Positions 40,322 through 49,692 of a stretch of 64,000 bases of DNA are shown piece by piece. The DNA comes from an uncultured Candidatus Saccharibacteria bacterium. Lineage in GTDB: Bacteria; Patescibacteriota; Minisyncoccia; Phycocordibacterales; UBA9973. The position numbers and the translations under genes are program-made. Position 1 is the first letter of the stretch. Each line of letters opens with the position of its first letter. The stretch covers positions 34,996 to 98,995 of the forward strand of contig CAZNJI010000001.1 of NCBI GenBank assembly GCA_964573395.1. Reading direction: 5' to 3'. The notes beneath the pieces are model-generated. The model ran no database searches, was not told the DNA's origin, and was given only the letters and a program-made list of their open reading frames with translations.

Positions 40322-43300
40322 AACCAGTCTTCTTATCGATAATTATACCGGCGTATAACGAAGCGAAGCGCATCGGCTCCACCCTCAGAAGTATCGACGA
40401 GTATTTACGAGATAAGGAGTATACGTACGAAATTATTGTAGTGAGCGATGGTTCTTCTGATGACACCGAAACGGTTGTTTCAGGCCTCGCGTCGGAGGTA
40501 CGGAACCTCGTGCTTCTCTGCAATAGGGTTAATAGCGGAAAAGGGTATGCAGTGAAGTGCGGCATGCTCAAAGCAACGGGAGAATACCGGTTATTTCTTG
40601 ATGCTGACCACTCAACGCATATCAGTAATCTAGAAAGTTTCCTTCCGGAAATTCAGGGTTCTGATGCAAGTGTTATTGTTGGGTCAATCGCGCTCCAAAC
40701 GTCAAAAAGTATCGACCGTGCCGGATGGTACCGGAAAATTCTTCGGCCGATTTCGAAAAAAATCATCCATTCATTTTTACGCGTCGGGGTCAAGGATACC
40801 CAGCGCGGTTTCAAGCTCTTTACAAAACGGGCCGCGGAAATTATTTTTCCAAAAAGTGATAGTAAGGGGTTTCTGTTTGATGTTGAACTCTTAGTTATCG
40901 CCACCCATAACAACATGGTGGTAAAGGAATTGCCTGTTGATTGGGATAATCCGGCTGGGTCGAAAATCAAGCTCTCTTCGTACATAAAAGCGTTTGTTGA
41001 TTTCTTGAAAATCGTCGGAAAAAAAATAAGCGGTAAATACCGCTCTGCGTCGCATTTCCTCATTCAGCATTTCGATGAAGAAACTGAGAGTATAAAAGGA
41101 AAAGGGTTTTTCTATAAGAACAAAGAATTCGTCCACCATAGCAATCTGCACCACACCCAGACGGCGCTCTATAACCTGCTGAGTTCGCAGAAGATTTTTA
41201 TCGTGCTCCTGGTTGGCATTTTGGCAATCGGGTTCATTATCGATTGGCATGCAACGCTGGTTGCCATCATTGCAACCCTTACCATCGTGTACTTCCTCGA
41301 TCTTCTGTTCAATGCATTTTTAATTTACCGAAGCTTCGCCAAGAATCCGGAGATTGCGGTAAGTGGACAGGAGCTATCAGCACTCTCAGATGCAGCACTG
41401 CCAACCTATACTATTTTCTGTCCGCTCTACAAAGAGTGGCAAGTGGTGCCGCAGTTCGTCTCTGCAATGCAAGCACTCGACTACCCCGTCGAAAAACTTC
41501 AGGTGATGTTCCTGTTGGAAGAAAATGATGTCGAGACGATTGAAAAAATCCGCGAGTACGATTTGCCGGAACATTTCGAAATTGTCGTGGTGCCGCACTC
41601 AAAGCCAAAAACGAAGCCGAAAGCAATGAACTATGGCCTCAAGCATGCGCGAGGGGAATACTTGGTAATTTACGATGCTGAAGATGTCCCCGAGCCCGAT
41701 CAGCTCAAGAAGGCCGTTCGCGCTTTTGAGAAAGTAAAAGAAAACGTTGTCTGCATCCAGGCAAAGCTGAATTTTTACAATCCGCACCAAAATGTATTAA
41801 CCCGCGCTTTTACGGCTGAATACTCGCTGTGGTTTGACCTGGTGCTTCCGGGATTGCAGTCGCTCAATGCGCCGATTCCGCTTGGCGGCACGTCGAATCA
41901 TTTCAAGGTTTCGGCGCTTCGGGAGCTTTCCGGTTGGGACGCGTTTAACGTAACTGAAGATGCCGATCTGGGTATGCGGCTTGCAAAGCGCGGCTACCGA
42001 ACGGCAATTCTTGATTCAACCACGCATGAAGAGGCAAATTCCGGCCTCTGGAACTGGTTCAATCAGCGCAGCCGCTGGATCAAGGGCTACATTCAAACCT
42101 ATTTCGTGCACACGCGCGATCATGAAAAATTCCTTGAGAAAGGGAAACTGAAAGACGCGATTATCTTCCATTTGAATATCGGCGGAAAGATTCTTTCAAT
42201 GTTTATCAACCCATTCATGTGGCTTCTCACCGCTTCCTACTTCCTGTTCCGGGAAACCGCCGGGCCGTTCATTGAAACGCTCTTCCCGACAACAGTGCTC
42301 TATCTTGGCGTATTCTCGCTCGTGTTCGGAAATTTCCTCTACATGTACTATTACATGATCGGCTGCATGAAGCGCGGTTACACCGGGCTCGTAAAGTATG
42401 CGTTCGTCATTCCATTCTATTGGCTCGGCATGAGCGCCGCTGCCTGGCGGGCGCTCTACGAAGTAGTGGTGAATCCGCACTACTGGTCCAAGACGGTGCA
42501 CGGGCTGCACCTGCAGAAAGAAAAAGGAGAGCCGGAAATTCTTGAAGATATCGAAACAAACGCCGAACAGATTCCGCAGTACTTCTGGACAAGAGTGCGG
42601 CAATCCATTTTTTCAGGCGCCGGCGTGCTGGTGGTGGCAACCATTATCGCAAACGTCTTCAATCTGCTTTTCAACATTTATCTTGGCAATCGGCTCTCGC
42701 TTGAAGAATTCGGCGTTATTACGGCGCTTAATACGCTCGTGTATTTAATTAGCATCGTGGTGAGCGCGTACGGAACGACCATCGTCCACCAAGTGGCGCA
42801 CCTGGTCGGGCGAATGAGCCAGTTTGCCGGGTTTTCATACTTTAAAAAGATTAGAGCCTACGGCTTCCTGATCGCCATTGCTGCTGCGGCGCTCTGGCTG
42901 TTCCTCACGCCAGCAATCGCGAATTACCTGCACATTTCAAACAGCCTCCTCGTTGCGTCATTCGCGCCGGCGATTATCGCGGTCTTGCTTGCTTCAGTGA
43001 ATCGCGGTTATCTCCATGGCAGCCTGTTCTTCAAAAGCATTGCCATTATCGTTTTAGTCGAAGTGATAGCAAAGCTTGGGTTGGCGATTTGGTTCGTTGA
43101 ATCCAAGATTCAATGGTTTGCGGCATTATCATTGCCGATTTCAATGATTATTGCCTACCTCATATCGCTTTTCATGGTGAAGCGCCCGGAGAAAGTGCCG
43201 CTTGATCGTTCAACCCAGAAAGATTTCTCATTCTCATTTTTCGGTGCAGCACTCGTTACTGGATTCTCGACTATGGCGTTCTTGAGCCTCGATGTTTTCT

Positions 43301-44982
43301 TTGCTAAGCACTACTTGAGCCCGAGCGAAGCCGGCGTTTACAGCCTCCTTTCGCTTGTCGGGAAAATGATTTTCTTCTTCGGATCGCTCTTAAATGCATT
43401 CATCGTCCCGATGACGAGCCGGCTTGAAGGGAAAGGCGAAGACGCAAAACCGCTCTTCTATAAAATATTCCTGGGCGCATTCTTCTGTTCGCTTGTTTCG
43501 AGCGCCGGGCTCGTGCTTACTGGGCCATACGTGCTTCCGCTCATGTTCGGCGCAAAGGCCGCAACCATTTTCGCGTACATTCCGCTCTATGCGCTCGCAA
43601 TGTTCCTCTTGGCGGTTACGAATACGGTCGTCCTTTTCCATTTGGCACGAAAGCAGTATCTGTTTGCTGCCATCTCCATTTTCTCGGCGCTTCTGATGGT
43701 GTTCGGCATCTCACGGGCGAACGATTCGGTTGAAAAAATCGTCGGCGTCTTCCTGTTCTCAAACGCGATTTACGCGATTCTTATCTTCTCAAGCCATCTC
43801 TTTTACGGAAAAATCGTTTCGTTCTATAAGAACGTTTTAGATGCGCTCCGGGTATTTCTGCCAATTCCGGCGGCGCTGCCAGCGAAGCCGGGCAAGAAGC
43901 GGATTCTCATTTTCAACTGGCGCTGCCTGAACCACACTTTTGCCGGTGGCGCCGAAGTCTACATTCAAACCTTCGCGAAGCAGTGGGTTAAAGAAGGGCA
44001 CTCGGTCACGATCTTTTGCGGCAATGATCGCCAGTCGCTTTCAAACGAATTCGTTGACGGCATCCGGGTCATTCGCCGCGGCGGATTCTATTCGGTGTAC
44101 ATAAACGCGTTTCTCTACTACATGGCAAAATTCCGCGGCAAATTCGACGTCATCATCGACTGCGAAAACGGCATTCCATTCTTTACGCCGCTCTACGCCA
44201 AAGAATCAGTGTATATTCTGGTGCACCACGTGCACCAAGAGGTGTTCAGAAAAACGCTAGTTGCGCCGCTTGCCGCTTTTGCGGCGTTCATGGAGCGTAA
44301 AGTTATGCCGGCCGTGTATCGCAATACGCCGTTCATCACCGTGTCTGAATCGTCAAAAGCCGATCTTGAAGCGCTGGGCGTAACCAGCAGGAACATTGAG
44401 GTCATTCATCCCGGAGCCGACATTGCATTCCTGCGTCCGGCGCCGAAAAACGACGTGCCAACCATTTCATATGTTGGCCGTTTGAAGGATTACAAATCGA
44501 TTGACGTACTCATTAAGGCATTTGCAAAGGTAGTGCGGAAAGTGCCGCGTGCCCAGCTGGTAATTGCCGGAACGGGAGAGATGCGCGGAACGCTTGAATC
44601 GGTTGCGAAAGAGCTCGGGATTGAAGGATCGGTAAATTTCGTTGGTCGGGTAAGCGAAGAGGTAAAGCGCGAAATCTACCAGCAGTCGTGGGTAACGGTG
44701 AATCCGTCGATGATGGAAGGGTGGGGCATTACGACCATCGAGGCGAATGCCTGTGGTACGCCAGTCGTTGCGGCAGACGTTCCCGGGCTTCGTGATTCGG
44801 TGCGTGACGGCATTACCGGGTTCCTGTTTCCGCATGGCGACGATGAGGTGCTGGCAGAGAAGCTCGTAAAAATCATCAAGAGTAAAGTGCTTCAGAGAAA
44901 GCTTGCGATGAACGCGATTGAGTGGTCGCAGGATTTCGCCTGGGAGAAGGGAGCTGACAAGTTCTTGAGGATAATTGTATGA
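40318..44982 (+). CDS. 1554-aa four-module fusion: GT2 (polyprenyl-phosphate glycosyltransferase-like) + processive QxxRW GT2 + Wzx/MOP-like flippase + GT4
   Basis: This is a single uninterrupted ORF. Module 1 carries IIIPAYNEAKRI...VVSDGSSDDT and DADHST. Module 2 carries YDAED, QAKLNFYNP and QRSRWIKGY with flanking transmembrane helices. Module 3 is a 12-TM block of about 420 aa. Module 4 carries KRILIFNWRCLNHTFAGGAEVY...EGWGITTIEANACGTPVVAADVPGLRDSV. Confidence 0.85.
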   Translation: MKPVFLSIIIPAYNEAKRIGSTLRSIDEYLRDKEYTYEIIVVSDGSSDDTETVVSGLASEVRNLVLLCNRVNSGKGYAVKCGMLKATGEYRLFLDADHSTHISNLESFLPEIQGSDASVIVGSIALQTSKSIDRAGWYRKILRPISKKIIHSFLRVGVKDTQRGFKLFTKRAAEIIFPKSDSKGFLFDVELLVIATHNNMVVKELPVDWDNPAGSKIKLSSYIKAFVDFLKIVGKKISGKYRSASHFLIQHFDEETESIKGKGFFYKNKEFVHHSNLHHTQTALYNLLSSQKIFIVLLVGILAIGFIIDWHATLVAIIATLTIVYFLDLLFNAFLIYRSFAKNPEIAVSGQELSALSDAALPTYTIFCPLYKEWQVVPQFVSAMQALDYPVEKLQVMFLLEENDVETIEKIREYDLPEHFEIVVVPHSKPKTKPKAMNYGLKHARGEYLVIYDAEDVPEPDQLKKAVRAFEKVKENVVCIQAKLNFYNPHQNVLTRAFTAEYSLWFDLVLPGLQSLNAPIPLGGTSNHFKVSALRELSGWDAFNVTEDADLGMRLAKRGYRTAILDSTTHEEANSGLWNWFNQRSRWIKGYIQTYFVHTRDHEKFLEKGKLKDAIIFHLNIGGKILSMFINPFMWLLTASYFLFRETAGPFIETLFPTTVLYLGVFSLVFGNFLYMYYYMIGCMKRGYTGLVKYAFVIPFYWLGMSAAAWRALYEVVVNPHYWSKTVHGLHLQKEKGEPEILEDIETNAEQIPQYFWTRVRQSIFSGAGVLVVATIIANVFNLLFNIYLGNRLSLEEFGVITALNTLVYLISIVVSAYGTTIVHQVAHLVGRMSQFAGFSYFKKIRAYGFLIAIAAAALWLFLTPAIANYLHISNSLLVASFAPAIIAVLLASVNRGYLHGSLFFKSIAIIVLVEVIAKLGLAIWFVESKIQWFAALSLPISMIIAYLISLFMVKRPEKVPLDRSTQKDFSFSFFGAALVTGFSTMAFLSLDVFFAKHYLSPSEAGVYSLLSLVGKMIFFFGSLLNAFIVPMTSRLEGKGEDAKPLFYKIFLGAFFCSLVSSAGLVLTGPYVLPLMFGAKAATIFAYIPLYALAMFLLAVTNTVVLFHLARKQYLFAAISIFSALLMVFGISRANDSVEKIVGVFLFSNAIYAILIFSSHLFYGKIVSFYKNVLDALRVFLPIPAALPAKPGKKRILIFNWRCLNHTFAGGAEVYIQTFAKQWVKEGHSVTIFCGNDRQSLSNEFVDGIRVIRRGGFYSVYINAFLYYMAKFRGKFDVIIDCENGIPFFTPLYAKESVYILVHHVHQEVFRKTLVAPLAAFAAFMERKVMPAVYRNTPFITVSESSKADLEALGVTSRNIEVIHPGADIAFLRPAPKNDVPTISYVGRLKDYKSIDVLIKAFAKVVRKVPRAQLVIAGTGEMRGTLESVAKELGIEGSVNFVGRVSEEVKREIYQQSWVTVNPSMMEGWGITTIEANACGTPVVAADVPGLRDSVRDGITGFLFPHGDDEVLAEKLVKIIKSKVLQRKLAMNAIEWSQDFAWEKGADKFLRIIV

Positions 44983-46235
44983 AGAAAATATTCATAACCC
45001 ACTTTTTCACGAAAAATAATAAAGGCGATGCTGCCATTCTTTTTTCCATGATTGATCAGATAAAAAAGAATATTGAAAACGTCTCAATTTCCGTGGCAAC
45101 TACTGAGCCGATTTCAGGTACTGAGCCTTATAAAGTAGTGCATTCTTTTTTCTATCATGCTATTTATTCCACCGAAAACCCTATAGTAAAGGTTTTGAAA
45201 TCAGTTTGGATTATCTCTGCAAGTATGGTTTGGGCGTTTTTTTATAGATATTTAAGAATAAAATTAGATTTCCTTTTAAGGAAAGAAATCATCGGTTTAC
45301 TGGAGGAATATAATTCTTCGGATATGGTCGTTCCGGTAGGGGGTGGGTATATAACAGGGAGCAATTCTCTTAGAGGAAATATGACAATTGTTTTGCATTT
45401 ACATGCAATTGTAATTGCCCTTTTGCTAAAAAAACCTGTCATACTTTTTTCTCAATCAATCGGCCCTTTTGCAAATGATTTTCAAAGATACATAACAAGA
45501 TTTGTGTTGAATAAGGTCACTTATATTTTTGCAAGAGAAAATTATTCCGTAGAAACTTTAAATTCTATTGGTGTTAATAAAAGTAAGGTAGTAAAAACTG
45601 TTGATGCTGCCTTCCTTTTTGAAAGTAATTTGAAAAGCGAGATGAACATAGAAATGCAGTCTTTTGGCATTACTTTTGATAAGCCAATAGTCGGTATAAC
45701 GCTTAAAAAATGGTTAGGAAAAGATGAGCAAGATAAATATGAACGCGAATTAGCGCAATTCTGTAATTATGCAATTGATGAGAAGAAAATGGATGTGGTA
45801 ATTATTCCCCAGGTTACTTCGCTCATGCATAACGACGATGACCGCTTGGTTGGGGATAGGATTAAGGAAATTGTAGGTAAAAAAGAAGGTCTCTTTGTCT
45901 TAAATAAAGAATATAGCGCATATGAGATAAAAGGAATTTATGAAAATATCAACTATCTTGTTGGTACACGGATGCATTCATGTATTCTTTCGCTTATTTC
46001 GGGCATTCCGGTTATTGCTATTCAGTACGAATATAAAACAGGAGGCATGATGAAGGATTTGGGATTGCATGATTGGGTGGTTAAATTTGAGGATGTTACG
46101 TTTGATTTATTGAAAAACAAATTTGATCAGCTGCTAAATGAAAAAGAAAAATATCTTTTGGCGCTAAGCAGTACTATTCCGGCTTACCAGAAAGAAGCAC
46201 AAAAAGCGTTCTTAGTTTTAAAAGAGCAAATGTAG
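44979..46235 (+). CDS. Polysaccharide pyruvyl transferase-like protein (WcaK/CsaB family)
   Basis: The N-terminal block THFFTKNNKGDAAI is followed by GGGYITG and by a C-terminal block LVGTRMHSCILSLISGIPVIAIQYEYK. Both blocks are typical of PS_pyruv_trans. Confidence 0.65.
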   Translation: MKKIFITHFFTKNNKGDAAILFSMIDQIKKNIENVSISVATTEPISGTEPYKVVHSFFYHAIYSTENPIVKVLKSVWIISASMVWAFFYRYLRIKLDFLLRKEIIGLLEEYNSSDMVVPVGGGYITGSNSLRGNMTIVLHLHAIVIALLLKKPVILFSQSIGPFANDFQRYITRFVLNKVTYIFARENYSVETLNSIGVNKSKVVKTVDAAFLFESNLKSEMNIEMQSFGITFDKPIVGITLKKWLGKDEQDKYERELAQFCNYAIDEKKMDVVIIPQVTSLMHNDDDRLVGDRIKEIVGKKEGLFVLNKEYSAYEIKGIYENINYLVGTRMHSCILSLISGIPVIAIQYEYKTGGMMKDLGLHDWVVKFEDVTFDLLKNKFDQLLNEKEKYLLALSSTIPAYQKEAQKAFLVLKEQM

Positions 46236-46238
46236 CCT

Positions 46239-47348
46239 ATGAATATTCCTAGCCAAAAACCAAGCATAATCTTCTCAAATTATGATGATCGTAAAAATCC
46301 GTACTATGGCGGCGGTGGAGCTGTTGCAGTGCATGAAGTCGCCAAACGCTTAGTAGATGCTTCCAGTATTACGGTTGTAACTGGAAAATATCCAGGAAGC
46401 AAAGATGAAATGATCGATGGTGTTTTCTATAAACGCATTGGAACATCGAAAATAAAACCTCCGCTTGCCCTCATGGTATATCAGCTTCTTTTACCTTTTT
46501 ACGCGATGAAAATGAAGTATGAAGTATGGGTTGAATCTTTCACGGCTCCGTATTCAACCGCTTTTCTACCTATTTTTACTCGAAAGCCGGTAATAGGTTT
46601 AACGCATCTCCTTGCAGGAAGGCCAATGTATCGGAAGTATAAAATTCCTTTTCACTGGATAGAGAAAATCGGATTGAAATTTTATAAGTACGTTATTGCG
46701 CTCAATGATGAATTAAAGAATCAGATATTATCTGCAAACAAAAAAGCGCAAGTGGCCATTATCCCAAACGGCGTTCCGGAAAGTTTAATTTCCGCTGAGT
46801 TTGAAAAACAAGGTAATCATATCCTTTATCTAGGAAGAATTGATTATAAACAAAAAGGGCTTGACATGCTTCTTGAAGTCTATAAAAAAATAGCAAACAA
46901 TACCAATTTAAATCTAATCATTGCCGGAGGAGGAGAGCAAAAGGAAATCGATAAATTAATGGAAAACATAAAAAACTTAGAACTTGCTACGCGAGTTCAC
47001 TATGTAGGGAAAGCAGAGGGTGAGACAAAAGAGAAGCTTTTTAAGGAAGCAAAAGTGTTTGTTATGACTTCAAGGTTTGAAGCTTTTCCGCTAACGCTTA
47101 TTGAGGCATGGTGCTACAAATGTCCTGTCGTGCTTTTTAATATAGATGTTTTAAGGTGGATTCCTGAATCATTTACAAAAAAGATTGAGCCTTTTAGTGT
47201 GGAAAAATTTTCACAGGAACTGCTTAACTTATCAAATAGTCAAGAGGAATGGAAGATAATGGGAGAAAAAGCTAAGGAGTTTTCCCAGAAATTTAGCTGG
47301 AATAATGCATCAAGAATGTATGAAGAATTCATTAGGAATGTTAAATAA
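46239..47348 (+). CDS. Glycosyltransferase family 4
   Basis: The central block ILYLGRIDYKQKGLDMLLE and the C-terminal block SRFEAFPLTLIEAWCYKCPVV are typical of GT4. Confidence 0.85.
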   Translation: MNIPSQKPSIIFSNYDDRKNPYYGGGGAVAVHEVAKRLVDASSITVVTGKYPGSKDEMIDGVFYKRIGTSKIKPPLALMVYQLLLPFYAMKMKYEVWVESFTAPYSTAFLPIFTRKPVIGLTHLLAGRPMYRKYKIPFHWIEKIGLKFYKYVIALNDELKNQILSANKKAQVAIIPNGVPESLISAEFEKQGNHILYLGRIDYKQKGLDMLLEVYKKIANNTNLNLIIAGGGEQKEIDKLMENIKNLELATRVHYVGKAEGETKEKLFKEAKVFVMTSRFEAFPLTLIEAWCYKCPVVLFNIDVLRWIPESFTKKIEPFSVEKFSQELLNLSNSQEEWKIMGEKAKEFSQKFSWNNASRMYEEFIRNVK

Positions 47349-47349
47349 T

Positions 47350-48144
47350 ATGACGAACTTATTAATTAAAATTAAATATCTTGCCTTTATGGTAATTTTC
47401 TTCACTCTTAATCCGGGGAAATTTTTCAGACTTGTGAAAAATCACCTAAAGGCGAAAAAAATTGTTATTGGAAAGAGAAATGGTAATTTTTATGTTTCAG
47501 TAATCATTGTTACCCATAATGCTCTTGATTATGTAAAGAAATGCTTACATTCATTGAATAAATTTAAATCTGAAAATGTGGAAATAATTGTTGTTGACAA
47601 TGCAAGCAATGAAGAAACGGTGAATTTTTTAAATTCTCAAAAAGAATTAGGAAAGATTGATAAATTACATCTTTCAAAAGAAAACACTTATTTTGCTGGG
47701 GGCAACAACATTGGCGCAAAATTGGCAAGTGATCGATCTACTCATTTTTTGTTATTAAACAGTGATACTGAAATTAAAAATGCCCAGTGGCTTGATGCAA
47801 TGCTTTCAAATGTGCCAGATAGGGGAATTATCTCTTTTGGTAAAACAAGTATTCCGGTAGTTAGGCCAGATGGATGGTGTTTTCTTATAGACAAGAAAAC
47901 ATATGAAGAATTTGGTGGTATTAACGAATACTATAAAATGAATTGGGGAATTACAGAACTTGCAGGAAAGGTCGGCAACAAAGGATATGGGGTAAAAAGT
48001 ATCCTTAATCCTGAAAAGTATGTTGTTCACTATGGCCAAAAAAGTTATATGTCTGCAAGTAGCACGGCTAAATTTAACAGGATGTCTAATAATGAGGTTG
48101 TAAAGCTGTTTAAGAATGTAAAAGTTAATTTATATAAAATTTGA
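47350..48144 (+). CDS. Glycosyltransferase family 2
   Basis: The motifs YVSVIIVTHNALDYVKKCLHSL, VVDNASNEET and LLLNSDTE are present. The internal Met (MTNLL) is chosen as the start so that the gene abuts the upstream stop. Confidence 0.75.
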   Translation: MTNLLIKIKYLAFMVIFFTLNPGKFFRLVKNHLKAKKIVIGKRNGNFYVSVIIVTHNALDYVKKCLHSLNKFKSENVEIIVVDNASNEETVNFLNSQKELGKIDKLHLSKENTYFAGGNNIGAKLASDRSTHFLLLNSDTEIKNAQWLDAMLSNVPDRGIISFGKTSIPVVRPDGWCFLIDKKTYEEFGGINEYYKMNWGITELAGKVGNKGYGVKSILNPEKYVVHYGQKSYMSASSTAKFNRMSNNEVVKLFKNVKVNLYKI

Positions 48145-48147
48145 TTT

Positions 48148-49692
48148 ATGAAAAATTCTTCAGCAATTATTTTCTTAGTCCTATTTGGAATCCTTATTTT
48201 TGGGCTAGTTTTTCGAGGAACATGGGGCAATCCCTCTGCAGAAGAATTAGCGCAAAGTACTAATAATCCTATTAGAATTTATGGAACCACTACTGATAGA
48301 GGAAGGTTTGTATTAACAAGAAATCTAGTAGAGGAACATTCTTTTAAGCTTGATCGAATGGAAGCGGATGCTTCTTCTCCTGATGCCGGGTATTACAAGG
48401 GTAATTGGTATCTCTTGTATGCCCCAGGAACATCAATTTTAGCCACTCCATTTTATAAGCTTGGCTCATACTTTAATTTAGAACTTGTTGGGTCATTTGC
48501 TTTATCAACGGTAACTACTCTGGGTAGTTTGATTTTTATTTTCTTAATTTCGAGAAGAATCTTAAAATTGCCAATCTGGCTTTCGCTGTTTTCTAGTTTT
48601 GTTTTCGGATTCGGCTCCATTGCAATTGGATATACTTCAGGTTTATTTCAGCACCACACAACAACTTTCTTTATTATTTCTAGCCTTTATGCCGTTTTTC
48701 AATATAAAAATAGTAAAAAGAGTATTTTATGGGCTTTATATGTATGGCTTGCTTATGGAATCGCAATTTCGCTTGATTACCCGAATATTTTCTTAATGCT
48801 TCCGGTAATGATCTATTTCTTGGTAGCTTCTTTTGAAACGAGAGAGGAAGATAAAAAATATAAAATTAGAATCAACCCGATTTTTTTAATGACATCTGTA
48901 GTGTTTATTTCTCTTAGTTTAGTACATGGCTACTACAACTATAAACACTTTGGGGGATGGAATAAATTAAGTAGTAATCTACCTGACTATAGACAAAATA
49001 TTCATCGATATCTAGATGAGGGAAACATGGAGCAAGCTATTGAAGAGGTAACAATAAATAAAGGGGAAAGAAGTCCTGTTTCTGTATTTACAGAAAACAA
49101 AATAACAAATGGTTTATATGAATTGCTTGTTGCTAAAGATAAAGGATTGTTTTTCTTTAATCCGATCTTTATCTTTGGGCTTTTTGGAATCATTCTTGCT
49201 TTTAAGAAAATGACCTTAGAAAAAGGGATCTTAATAGCTTTAATAGGAGCAAATCTATTTTTGTATTCAAGCTGGGCTGATCCATGGGGCGGATGGGTCT
49301 ATGGCCCTCGATACTTAATTCCCTCAATGGCGACACTTTCGATTTTTGTTGCTTACGCTATGCACCCTTTGCGTTATAAATTTTTCCCTAAAATAGTTGC
49401 TTTTATCCTATTTGCTGGATCAGCCGCGATTTCATTAATTGGCGCTCTGACAACTAATTCTGTTCCTCCAAAAGTCGAAGCTATATTTTTGAATATAAAA
49501 TACGGTATTCCTTATGCATATGACTTTCTAATTGCAGGGCAAAGTAACAGTTTTACCTATAACCAATTTTTTTCAAGCTTAATTTCTTTGAAAAATTATT
49601 ACCTTGCAATCTTAAGCTTAATTATTCTAATGGTTTTTATAGTTCTCTTTATCATGCCTAAATTCGAGAAAAAATATGAACCTGTCGATTAG
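48148..49692 (+). CDS. Polytopic membrane protein, GT-C-like (PMT/ArnT-like glycosyltransferase candidate)
   Basis: This is a 514-aa protein with about 12 transmembrane helices. It lies within the glycan operon and overlaps the next gene. Confidence 0.65.
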   Translation: MKNSSAIIFLVLFGILIFGLVFRGTWGNPSAEELAQSTNNPIRIYGTTTDRGRFVLTRNLVEEHSFKLDRMEADASSPDAGYYKGNWYLLYAPGTSILATPFYKLGSYFNLELVGSFALSTVTTLGSLIFIFLISRRILKLPIWLSLFSSFVFGFGSIAIGYTSGLFQHHTTTFFIISSLYAVFQYKNSKKSILWALYVWLAYGIAISLDYPNIFLMLPVMIYFLVASFETREEDKKYKIRINPIFLMTSVVFISLSLVHGYYNYKHFGGWNKLSSNLPDYRQNIHRYLDEGNMEQAIEEVTINKGERSPVSVFTENKITNGLYELLVAKDKGLFFFNPIFIFGLFGIILAFKKMTLEKGILIALIGANLFLYSSWADPWGGWVYGPRYLIPSMATLSIFVAYAMHPLRYKFFPKIVAFILFAGSAAISLIGALTTNSVPPKVEAIFLNIKYGIPYAYDFLIAGQSNSFTYNQFFSSLISLKNYYLAILSLIILMVFIVLFIMPKFEKKYEPVD

